The position numbers and the translations under genes are program-made. DNA of 64,000 bases from an uncultured Candidatus Binatia bacterium (lineage in GTDB: Bacteria > Desulfobacterota > Binatia > UBA9968 > JAJDTQ01): NCBI GenBank assembly GCA_965242525.1, contig OZ251459.1, forward strand, positions 1,728,001 through 1,792,000, written 5' to 3'. The notes under the pieces were generated by a model. That model saw nothing but the letters and a program-made list of their open reading frames with translations. It searched no databases and was not told the DNA's origin. Of this stretch, positions 19,716 through 28,979 are shown one piece after another (position 1 is the first letter of the stretch; every line of letters begins with the position of its first letter).

Positions 19716-21460
19716 ATGAGCATGTCCTCGCGCATCCTCTACCAACCCGACGAACGCCCGCCGCAGGTCCTCGCCTTCGGCCTCGGCTGCCAGCAGGCGG
19801 CGCTGTGCATCGCCGCGGTGGTGCTGACCCCGGTCATCGTCATCCGCGCCGCGGACGGAGGCGAACCCTACCTGTCCTGGGCCGTGTTCGCCGCCCTCTC
19901 CATCAGCGGGCTCGCCACCATCCTCCAGGCCGTGCGGGTCGGGAGCGTGGGCGCCGGCTACCCGCTGCTCATGGGGACCTCGGGGACCTTCATCGCGGTC
20001 TGCGTGACCGCGCTGGCGGACGGCGGGCCGGGGATGCTGGCCACGCTGGTGTTCGTCTCGGCGCTCTTCCAGTTCGTGCTCTCGTCGCGGCTCGCCTGGC
20101 TGCGCCGCCTCATCACCCCCACCGTGGCCGGGACGGTGCTCATGCTGATCGCGGTGACCGTCATGCCCATCGTGTTCGACATGCTGAAGGACGTGCCCGA
20201 GGACGCGGCGCCCGCGGCCGCGCCCGTCAGCGCCGCGGTGACGCTGGCGGCCATCGCGGTGCTGGCCTTGCGCGCACCGGGCGCCCTGCGCCTCTGGGCG
20301 CCGGTGGCGGCGCTGGCGCTGGGCTGCGTCACCGCGTCGTTCTTCGGCCTCTACGACACGCGCCTGGTGCTCGAGGCGGACTGGGTGGGCGTCCCCCGGG
20401 GCGGTTGGCCCGGCTTCGACCTGGGCTTCGGACCCACGTTCTGGGCGCTGCTGCCGGCGTTCGTGTTCGCTACACTGGTGGGCGCCATCGAGACCATCGG
20501 CGACTCCATGGCGATCCAGGGGGTCTCCTGGCGCAAGCCCCGGGCCACGGACTTCCGCGAGGTGCAGGGGGCGGTGGCCGCGGACGGCGTCGGGAACCTG
20601 CTCTCCGGCCTCGCCGGCACCGTGCCCAACACCACCTACTCCACGAGCATCGCCATCACCGAGCTCACCGGCATCGCCGCGCGCAGCGTCGGCGTGTGGA
20701 TGGGGGCGGCGTTCGTCGTGGTGGCGTTCCTGCCCAAGGCGGCCGCGCTCCTGCTCGCGGTGCCGGGACCCGTGCCGCGGCCTACCTCACGGCCCTGCTG
20801 GCCATGCTGTTCGTGCTCGGAATGCGCATGGTGGTCCGGGACGACATGGACTACCGCAAGGCGTTCATCGTGGGCGTGTCGTTCTGGATCGGCGTCGGTT
20901 TCCAGAACCAGCTCATCTTTGCCGACCACCTGGGCCCGTGGTGGGGGACGCTGCTCGGCAACGGCATGGCGAGCGGCGGTCTCACCGCGCTCTTCCTCAA
21001 CCTGTTCCTGGAGTTGACCGGACCCCGCCGCTGGCGCATCGAGACCGAACTCGACATCGAGGCCCTGCAAAGGATCGACGGCTTCCTGCGCGAGTTCGCG
21101 GCCGCCCGGGGTTGGCCGGAGGAGGCCTCCGACCGCCTCCGCTCGGCCGGGGAGGAGGCGTTCCTGAGCCTCGTGGACCAGCACCGGCAGGCACGGGAAA
21201 ACGAGCGGCAGGGGAAGCGCCGCCTGTTGACCATGGTGCACGGCGACCGCCGGAGCGCGGAGCTGGAGTTCGTCGCCGCCTCCGGCGACGAGAACCTGGA
21301 GGACGTGATGGTCCTGCTCTCGGAGCAGCCGGGAACCCCGGTGGAGCACGAGATCTCGCTGCGCCTGCTGCGCCATTACGCCTCGTCCGTGCGCCACCAG
21401 CAATACCACGGCACGGACATCGTGACCGTCAACGTCCAGGGCGCGCAAGAGTCCTCCTGA
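19716..21460 (+). pseudogene. NCS2 xanthine/uracil permease fused to a C-terminal HATPase_c/RsbW-like domain; 1-bp frameshift at ~20774 (real or sequencing error)
   Basis: The first frame gives permease motifs (ETIGD, ADGVGN, PNTTYS). GTGCCGCGGCCTAC should read GTG GCC GCG GCC TAC (VAAAY). The remaining TM helices and the soluble domain continue in another frame to TGA 21460; ~581 aa if repaired. Confidence 0.85.
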
Positions 21461-21619
21461 CCGCCTGCCGGGACGCGCTTCCGGCAGCGCCGGCCTTCGC
21501 GCCGAAAACGCCCGATCGCCCGAAAATCCAAGTTGCCGCATACCCTTGGCCGTGCTATCCTGCGTTCGTCGATGGGCTCCGATTGGCCGCGCCATCAAAC
21601 CGAGGAGAAAGGACGTCCG

Positions 21620-21961
21620 ATGGAAATCCGGGAGGAAAAGACGGGGTCCCTGGTCGTGGTCGCGCTGGAAGGACGCGTGGACGGCCACAGCGGACCGGAG
21701 CTGGAGCAACGGGTCACCGCGATCGTCGAACGCGGCGACGCCCGCGTGCTGCTCGACTGCGAGAAGATGGAGTACATCAGCAGCGCCGGCCTGCGCGTGG
21801 TGCTCGTGGGCGCCAAGAAATGCCAGGCGTCCGGCGGCAAGCTGGCGCTCTGCGCGCTCCAGCCCGCCTGCAAGCAGGTGATGGAGATCAGCGGTTTCCT
21901 GAACATGCTCGACTGCTACGAGACACGCGCCGACGCCTGCGCCGCGGAAGCCGAGGTGTAG
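21620..21961 (+). CDS. STAS-domain anti-sigma factor antagonist
   Basis: LEGRVD, LLDC..MEYISSAGLRV, EISGF. Confidence 0.93.
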   Translation: MEIREEKTGSLVVVALEGRVDGHSGPELEQRVTAIVERGDARVLLDCEKMEYISSAGLRVVLVGAKKCQASGGKLALCALQPACKQVMEISGFLNMLDCYETRADACAAEAEV

Positions 21962-21963
21962 CC

Positions 21964-22617
21964 ATGCTGACCTTCACCGAAGAGATCATGCTGTTGATGC
22001 TGGACGACGACGGCCTGTTCCTGCCGATCCGCGGCGGCGCGGTGGAGCACATCCTGGCGGGGGCGACGCTGATGGACCTGGCCTTCGCCAACCGCATCGA
22101 CACCGACCCCGAGCAACTCCTGGTCCTCGACCAGACGCCCACCGGCAACCCGATGCTCGACGACACCCTGGAGCGCGTCGCCGGTTCCGGCGAGACCAGG
22201 GACACCCGCGGATGGGTGGACGCGCTGGCCCGGGAGGCGGCGCCCGAAATCCGGCAGCGGGCGCTGGCCAGCCTCATCGACCGCGGCATCCTGGAAGCCC
22301 AGGACGAGAGGTTCCTGTGGGTCTTCCGTTCGCGGCGCTACCCGATGATCGACGGCCGCGTGGAGCGCGAGGCCAAGCTGCGGATCGGGGACGTGCTGCT
22401 GTCCGACGACGTTCCCGACCCCAGGGACGTGGCCATGATCTGCCTGCTGGACGCCTCCGACCTCCTCGGCGACATATTCTCGGAACGGGAGATGGAGCGC
22501 GCCCGGCCCCGGGTGGAGCAACTCCGCAAGATGGACATCATCGGCCGCGAGGTGGGCAGCGTCATCGCCGACATCGAGCACTCCATCACCATGGCCATGG
22601 CGCAAGTGGCGCACTAA
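21964..22617 (+). CDS. GOLPH3/VPS74 (GPP34) family protein
   Basis: LTFTEEIMLLMLDD, LAGATLMDLAFANRI, LIDRGIL...FLWVF.SRRYP. Confidence 0.85.
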   Translation: MLTFTEEIMLLMLDDDGLFLPIRGGAVEHILAGATLMDLAFANRIDTDPEQLLVLDQTPTGNPMLDDTLERVAGSGETRDTRGWVDALAREAAPEIRQRALASLIDRGILEAQDERFLWVFRSRRYPMIDGRVEREAKLRIGDVLLSDDVPDPRDVAMICLLDASDLLGDIFSEREMERARPRVEQLRKMDIIGREVGSVIADIEHSITMAMAQVAH

Positions 22618-22719
22618 CCGCGGGCCCGCGGAACCGTTGCCGGCCGGGCGCCCGGGCAAGGGGCGGCCCACGCGCCGGCGGCGAACGAACCGGCCGACCG
22701 GCGGCCGCCAAGTCCGCGG

Positions 22720-23571
22720 CTAACCTTCGCGGCCGTCCTCCTCGACTCCCAGCATCCGGCGCACGTCCCCTTCCACTTCGGGGTCCAGTCCCGGGGGCGC
22801 GGTGTCCACCGCGGCCGCCAACCGCTTCACCACCGCCCTCATGGCCGCGAGACGCGCGTACCTCTTGTCGTTGGCGGGAACCGCGACCCAGGGCTGCGGG
22901 ACGGTGGAGGTCTTGCGGAACATGTCCTCGATGGCGGTTTCGTATTCCGACCAGCGGGAGCGGTTGCGCAGGTCTTCCGCGGACAGCTTCCAGCGCTTGA
23001 GGGGGTCGCTCCAACGCTGGCGAAACCGCTCCAACTGCTCTTCCGGAGTGATGTGGAGGAAGATCTTCACGAGACGGATGCCGTCGTCGTCCAGCATGCG
23101 TTCGAACTCGTTGATCTCGGAATAGGCGCGGCTCCACTCGGCCTCCGCGGCGAAGCCTTCCACCCGCTCCACCAGGACCCGGCCGTACCAGGAACGGTCG
23201 AAGACCACCATTTGCCCGGGACGCGGCAGACGCTTCCAGAAACGGTAGAGGTAGTGCTGGCCCTGCTCGTCCGGGGTGGGCGCGGCGATGGGCCAGACCT
23301 TCAGGCCGCGGGGGTCCAGGGGCCAGCTCATGCGCCGTATGACGCCGCCCTTGCCCGCGGCGTCCCAGCCCTCGAACAGGACCACCGAGCGCCGGTGTTG
23401 CGCCCGGTAGGCCAGGGATACTTCCCGCAGGCGCTCCTGGAGCCCGGCGAGCTTGCGCTCGTACTTCTTCCGCCCCACGCGCTTGTCCATGTCCAGGCGG
23501 GACAGGCCCGGCGGCGCGGGCTGTAGCCGGATGGGCGCGCGTTGGCTGAACCACTCCCTGTTCTCTTCCAT
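22720..23571 (-). CDS. ppk2: Polyphosphate kinase 2 family
   Basis: FEGWDAAGKGG Walker A, FDRSWYGRVLVERVEG, KRWKLS.ED. Confidence 0.92.
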   Translation of the reverse strand: MEENREWFSQRAPIRLQPAPPGLSRLDMDKRVGRKKYERKLAGLQERLREVSLAYRAQHRRSVVLFEGWDAAGKGGVIRRMSWPLDPRGLKVWPIAAPTPDEQGQHYLYRFWKRLPRPGQMVVFDRSWYGRVLVERVEGFAAEAEWSRAYSEINEFERMLDDDGIRLVKIFLHITPEEQLERFRQRWSDPLKRWKLSAEDLRNRSRWSEYETAIEDMFRKTSTVPQPWVAVPANDKRYARLAAMRAVVKRLAAAVDTAPPGLDPEVEGDVRRMLGVEEDGREG

Positions 23572-23673
23572 GTGTGCTTCCTGCTCGACGGCGCGGCGGG
23601 TGGAAGACGACCATGGCGCAGGCCGCACGAGCATGAGAGTGGCTGCCGTACGGTTCCAGGGGCGGCCGGGCCG

Positions 23674-25251
23674 TCAGTCGTTGGCCAGCAACCGGCCTCT
23701 GCCCCACTCCTCGTGACGGAAGATGAGCGACTTGATCACCACCGGAACCGCCCTGGCGTCCGGAAGCTCCTGGCCGATATCCACGAAGTCGAAGTCCTTC
23801 AGGTCGATGCCGTCGATGGAGACCACCCCGGCGCCGGGAAGGATCTCCTTGTCGATGATGTTGCCCACCAGCTTGGCGATGTCGGCGTCCAGCACCAGCA
23901 CCAGGGAATGCCCCTGCCGCAGGTGCTCCTTCATGCCCTCCACCACCCCCGCGGCCAGGGTGCGGATGAGCGGGTACGAAGGCCCCAGCTCCCAGTGGAG
24001 CGCCAGCGCCGCGGCCCGGTCGCCTTCCGCCATGTCGAAACGCCGGAGCGCCCCTTCGATGGAGCTCCTCACGTCTTCGACGGACAGGGGCTCGGCTTGG
24101 CGGAAGCGCGGGGTAACCACCTGCAGGTTCCTGAGGGGCAGCAGGGACGGGTCCGACAGGAAAATGGTGTTGCCGCTCACCTGGACCGTGTACTGGGACG
24201 CTCCGATCACCGTGGCCCGGATGCGCACGTCGGGTTCCTCGAACCGCCAGGACTCGCGGGTGGCCAGGTCCAGGGCGCCCGCACGGATCTTGCGCCCCAC
24301 GTGGTTGCCCAGGTCCCCCTTGTCCGCGGTCTCGTATCCGTAGATGTACTCGGAGACCCCGCCGGAGAACTGGACGCGGTGGATGGGGTCCCGGTACGAC
24401 AGCGCGGGGGTCAGCATGAGCTCCTGGGTCAGCGGCGAGAGCGGGCCGCGGTTCAGGACCTCCAGGAGGCAGCCGCTCAACGTGTCGGCCATCCGTTCCT
24501 TCTCGTCCTCCCCCAGCGCCTGGCCCAGCGCCAGCGGCACGCCGCTCGCCCTGCCGATGCGGGCGCCCGCGTCCTCGAGCCGTTCGACCTTCCGGTCGCC
24601 GTCCAGGGCCACCAGCCGCGCCCCCACCTCCAGGGCCGCGGTGTCCACCACCTGTCCGCCCCGGGTGACGGCGATCTTGCTGGTGCCGCCGCCGATGTCC
24701 ACGTTCATGCACGCCACTTGGTCGTCCCGGGCCGACGCCTCCACCGCGCCGGAGCCGAAGGCGGCCAGGATCGCTTCGAGGTTGTGGCCGGCCGTGGCGC
24801 ACACGAACTTGCCCGCCTCCTCCGCGAACAACGCGGCGATGGCCTCGGCGTTCTCCTTCTTGGCCGCCTCCCCGGTGACGATCAAGGCGCCGGTGTCGAT
24901 GTCCTGCCGGGTGAGGCCGGCCCGGGCGTAGGCCTGGCGGATGAAGTCGTCGAGCTTCTCCGTGTCGATGGTGAGCTTGTCCACGTAGGGAGTCAGCAGG
25001 ATCGGCGACTCGTGGACGATCTCCCGCTTCACCACCACGAAACGGCTGGACAGGGAGATCCCCTGCCGGCGGAGGGTCAGCCGGGAGAAGATGAGATGGG
25101 ACGTGGACGAGCCGATGTCGATGCCCACGGAAGCAAGCGAGATGCGCTCGGACTTCCACATGGGATGGTCTTCATCGGGCAGGGGCGCGTGGTCGTGGTC
25201 GTCGTCTCCTTCGTGGCAGATGAGGGGAAGTTGGCTGGGGTCTCCGTCCAT
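23674..25251 (-). CDS. EutA-like reactivating factor (ASKHA ATPase)
   Basis: SVGIDIGSSTSH, IVTGEAAKKENA, FVCATAGHNLE, NVDIGGGTSK, FSGGV, IRATVIGASQYT, VPVVIKSL. Confidence 0.88.
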   Translation of the reverse strand: MDGDPSQLPLICHEGDDDHDHAPLPDEDHPMWKSERISLASVGIDIGSSTSHLIFSRLTLRRQGISLSSRFVVVKREIVHESPILLTPYVDKLTIDTEKLDDFIRQAYARAGLTRQDIDTGALIVTGEAAKKENAEAIAALFAEEAGKFVCATAGHNLEAILAAFGSGAVEASARDDQVACMNVDIGGGTSKIAVTRGGQVVDTAALEVGARLVALDGDRKVERLEDAGARIGRASGVPLALGQALGEDEKERMADTLSGCLLEVLNRGPLSPLTQELMLTPALSYRDPIHRVQFSGGVSEYIYGYETADKGDLGNHVGRKIRAGALDLATRESWRFEEPDVRIRATVIGASQYTVQVSGNTIFLSDPSLLPLRNLQVVTPRFRQAEPLSVEDVRSSIEGALRRFDMAEGDRAAALALHWELGPSYPLIRTLAAGVVEGMKEHLRQGHSLVLVLDADIAKLVGNIIDKEILPGAGVVSIDGIDLKDFDFVDIGQELPDARAVPVVIKSLIFRHEEWGRGRLLAND

Positions 25252-25395
25252 CCGGTGGCGTCCTTTCGCGAGTACGAATGAAACCAGCGTCATAACACAA
25301 GCCCCGGCGGGTTGCCATACGCGCCCCGGCCGCGGAGCCCGACGGGATGGCGCCGGGCTTGAGAATCGGGCGAAAAGTCGTAGAATGGGTCCCGC

Positions 25396-28300
25396 ATGGC
25401 GACCCCACCGCACGAACGGGAGTATGGAGAGATACGCGACTTCCTGCGCCGGTTCGTTCGCCGCTTCCGGATGGTCCGGGGCATGGAGGGGTTGTGCCTC
25501 ACCGCGGCCGCGGCGCTGGTGCTCGCGGCTCTCGGCCTCGGGGTGGACGCGGTCAAGGAGCGGCTGCCGTACGCGCCCCTGGCCCTGAGCATCCTCTCCG
25601 GGGCGACGCTGCTGGGGCTGGTCGGCTACACCCTGCTGTGCTTCCTGCGGCCGCACGCGCTGTCGTGGGCGGCCCGTTGCATCGAACGGCAACGACCGGA
25701 GCTGCGCAACAACCTGATCAACTCGTTGCAGCTCTACCCGCAACTCACAGGTCCCGCGGACGCCGCCGGAGCCTCCGCCCCCATGATCCTCGCGCTGGTC
25801 CGGCAGACCCGCGAGCAGGTTCGCGCCATCCGGCTCGCCCACGTGGTGGACTGCCGGCCGTTGAAGGCCAGGGCGCGGCTCCTGGCGCTGGTGGCCGCGC
25901 CGGTCCTCGCCCTGGCCGCGTGGAACCCCGGCTTTCCGGGCCGGACCCTTGCGCTGGTGGCTCATCCGTTGGAGCATCTCCCTCCCGCGGACATCTTCAT
26001 CCACGTGGTGACCCGGGACGTGCGCGTGATTCGCGGGACCTCGGTGGCCGTCGAGGCGGTGACCTCCGGAGCGAAGCCCGGCCGGGTGGTCCTCGCGTTC
26101 CGGCCATCGGCGTCCGGGGACGGAGGCGAAGCCGAGCGGACCGCGGCCATGGAGCGGACCGGGCCGGACCGGTATGCGGCGATGCTGCCCGAGGTAACGG
26201 AAGACCTGGACTACCGGGTGGTCACCGGGCCGTTCGCCTCCCCGTGGTACCGGATCGCGGCAACGGAGCGTCCGGCCGTCACGGACCTCACGGTGACGCT
26301 CTACCCGCCGCACTATACCGGCCTCCCCGACGAGACCCTCGCCGGCGGCAACGTGCGCGGCGTCAAGGGCTCCACCTTGAGCTTCGCCGTCGCCGCCAAC
26401 AAACCCGTGGCCCACGCGGTCCTCGCCCTCGACGACGGACGGGAAGTCCCCCTGAAGCTCACCGGAGACCGCCTCCAGGGCAGCATGGTGCTGTTCCGCT
26501 CGCAGCGGTACCGTATCCGCATGGAGGACCCCTTCGGCTTCGAGAACCTCCCCGCCCCCTACGAGATGCACGCGGTCCCGGACGGCTTTCCCGTGGTGGA
26601 GCTGCTGCGCCCCGCGGAAGACCTGGAAGTGAACGGCGACGAAAGGCTGGTGCTGGAGTACCGGGCGGAGGACGATTACGGGGTCCGGGAGATCGCCCTG
26701 GCGGCCAGGGTCGGCGACCGGGAGGAACGTCTCCCGGTATGGCGCCGGGACCCCGAGCGGACCTTGCAAGACCGTTTCGTCTGGGACCTGGACGCCATGG
26801 GCCTGGACCAGGGCGACGTGGTCACCTACCACCTGGAGATACTCGACAACGACACCATCTCGGGTCCCAAGCTCGGAAGGTCGCGGCCGTTCAGCCTCCG
26901 CCTCAAGGACCTCGAAGTCGAGCACCGGCAGGTCACGGAGATGGTCCGCGGCCTGTCGGACAAGATGCTGGACCTGCTGGCGGACCACCTGGAAAGCGCT
27001 CCGACCGAAGCTCCTCCGGCCGCGGCGGGACCGTCCCCCGAGGACCGGCTGGCCGAGGGGCTCCACCGGATGATGGAGCGCGTGGACGAGGTGATGGCGC
27101 GCACCCGCGACGACCGCATGAGCGACTTCGCCACCTGGTCCGACCTGGAGACCCTGAAGCGCAACCTCGAATACGCCCGCACCGAGTCGCTGGACGAGAT
27201 GCGCCAAGCGTCGTCCGCGGGGGAGCGGGAGCGGGCCCACGACGAGATGGCCACGGACCTGGAGCGCATGTCCATGCTCAGCGAGGACATGAGCCGGCGG
27301 CTCGCGGGACAGAACGCGGCGTCCAACGCCAGGGACATGGTCAAGGGCCAGGAGCGCTTCCTCGATTCGCTGGAAAAGCTCAGGAGCGGCCACAAGGAGC
27401 TGGACGAGGTCCTGGACGAGCTGTCGCGGCTGTCCAGGCAACTCCGGGAGCTCCAGGCGTCGCTCATGCGGTTCGCAAGGGACCTCCCCGGCGAGTTCCT
27501 CAACCCGGAGAGCATGCGGAACATGCCCTTCGCCGACATGCGCTCGGGTATGGACGATATCCGCAGGAAGCTCCGGGAGGGGGACATCCAGGGCGCGTTG
27601 CAGTTGGCGCGGGAACTGTTCAACCAGATGGCGCAGTTGGCGGCCTCCCTCAGGAGCGGCCAGCAGCAGGCCCAGAACTCCATGATGGCGCGGATGCAGG
27701 GAGCCATGAGCCAATCCGGCAACGAACTGCAGCAGATCCTCCGGGAACAGCAGGACATCCTGCTGGGGACCGAGAGCAGCCACGGGGAGAACACGCGGGA
27801 GCTGGAGGAGAGGCGCCGGGAAGCGCTGGAACGGCTGGCGGCGGAGACCCGGGCCAAGCTGGAACCTCTGACCCGTCTCCTCACCGACCGCGAGTTGCAG
27901 GACGCGCAGGGACTGCCCGAGACCGCGGACCGGGACGCCGTGAGCGTCCATCCCCTGTTGGCCGGCCTGCTCTCCATGCTCGCGGACCGGGACTTCGCGG
28001 CCTTCGCCCAACGGTTGGAGCCCGCCCTCGACCAACTCGACCAGCCGCTCACAGAGGACCAGAGGAAGGGGGTGGCGGCCATGGCCGAACTGGCGCGGGA
28101 ATACCGGGACCTGGGCCGGATGGCCGCTCCCGAGATGACCGCGCCCCGGAAGGAGGCGGTCCGGGGCCTCGCCGTCCGGCAGGGGGTCCTCGAGGAACGG
28201 ACCCGGGACTTGGCCGAGAGGCTGCGGCACCTCTTCCAGTTGTTCCCGTCGCTGGACCCGAAGATCGTCAGGGACGTGGCGGAGGCAAGCGGCTTCATGG

Positions 28301-28704
28301 GCCGGGCCGCCCATGAGTTGGGCCGGCTCGCGCCGGGGATGGCCATCCCCCCGGAACAGGAAGCGGTGCGGCGCCTCACGGACTCGGGCCGGCAGATGCA
28401 GGCCGCGATGCAGCGGTTGGCGCAACGGGGACGGCTGGGACGGGTGCCGCTGGTGCGCCTGTTCCGGGACGGCCGCTTCATTCCGTCCGGCCGGTCCGCT
28501 CCCCCGGCCGGGACGCCCCGGTTCCCGGACTTCGACGTGGACGAGAGCCTCGCCGGACTGGACACGGACAAGGTGGAGCTTCCCGGAAAGGACGACTACA
28601 AGCCCGAGAAGTTCCGCAAGGAGATCCTGGAAGCCCTCAAGCAGGGGGCGCCGGACCGGTACAGGGAACAGATCGAGAGCTACTTCAGGGAGCTGTCGCA
28701 ATAG
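25396..28704 (+). CDS. Large membrane-anchored DUF4175-like protein (TM, Ig-like, coiled-coil)
   Basis: Three N-terminal TMs, YPPHYTG, AEDDYGV, DNDTISGPK, Q/E-rich helical C-terminus ending YFRELSQ. Confidence 0.8.
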   Translation: MATPPHEREYGEIRDFLRRFVRRFRMVRGMEGLCLTAAAALVLAALGLGVDAVKERLPYAPLALSILSGATLLGLVGYTLLCFLRPHALSWAARCIERQRPELRNNLINSLQLYPQLTGPADAAGASAPMILALVRQTREQVRAIRLAHVVDCRPLKARARLLALVAAPVLALAAWNPGFPGRTLALVAHPLEHLPPADIFIHVVTRDVRVIRGTSVAVEAVTSGAKPGRVVLAFRPSASGDGGEAERTAAMERTGPDRYAAMLPEVTEDLDYRVVTGPFASPWYRIAATERPAVTDLTVTLYPPHYTGLPDETLAGGNVRGVKGSTLSFAVAANKPVAHAVLALDDGREVPLKLTGDRLQGSMVLFRSQRYRIRMEDPFGFENLPAPYEMHAVPDGFPVVELLRPAEDLEVNGDERLVLEYRAEDDYGVREIALAARVGDREERLPVWRRDPERTLQDRFVWDLDAMGLDQGDVVTYHLEILDNDTISGPKLGRSRPFSLRLKDLEVEHRQVTEMVRGLSDKMLDLLADHLESAPTEAPPAAAGPSPEDRLAEGLHRMMERVDEVMARTRDDRMSDFATWSDLETLKRNLEYARTESLDEMRQASSAGERERAHDEMATDLERMSMLSEDMSRRLAGQNAASNARDMVKGQERFLDSLEKLRSGHKELDEVLDELSRLSRQLRELQASLMRFARDLPGEFLNPESMRNMPFADMRSGMDDIRRKLREGDIQGALQLARELFNQMAQLAASLRSGQQQAQNSMMARMQGAMSQSGNELQQILREQQDILLGTESSHGENTRELEERRREALERLAAETRAKLEPLTRLLTDRELQDAQGLPETADRDAVSVHPLLAGLLSMLADRDFAAFAQRLEPALDQLDQPLTEDQRKGVAAMAELAREYRDLGRMAAPEMTAPRKEAVRGLAVRQGVLEERTRDLAERLRHLFQLFPSLDPKIVRDVAEASGFMGRAAHELGRLAPGMAIPPEQEAVRRLTDSGRQMQAAMQRLAQRGRLGRVPLVRLFRDGRFIPSGRSAPPAGTPRFPDFDVDESLAGLDTDKVELPGKDDYKPEKFRKEILEALKQGAPDRYREQIESYFRELSQ

Positions 28705-28756
28705 CCCGGGTCCCGAAGCGGCGGCGAGGCGGAAAACGTCGGCAGCCTCACGAACG

Positions 28757-28922
28757 AGCGCGTCCTTCGACTTCGCTTCGCTACGCTCGGGACGAACGGG
28801 GACAAGAGGGCCGCGTGACGGAAGACCGGAAGCCGCCGCGGGCTGGTGGGCACGGTGTTTCACGGACAAGAGGGCCATGTGACGGAAGCCCCTCATGCAC
28901 GGCTCGATCGTCCAGGGTTTCC
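28757..28922. repeat. Partial or rearranged MITE: REP core, 25-bp direct repeat and one TIR
   Basis: Core 28757-28800; GGACAAGAGGGCC..GTGACGGAAG at 28800 and 28864; TIR CGATCGTCCAGGGTTTCC ends at 28922. Confidence 0.7.
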
Positions 28923-28979
28923 GTTGGTTGGTGGTTCGGAGTTTCCCCTGGATCGTCAGCGAGCTTTCCGGTGTCCCGA

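Noticed and set aside
17894-21460. 1188-aa ORF
   Set aside because: Off-frame over UbiD and the permease; only the part after ~20775 is the true permease C-terminus
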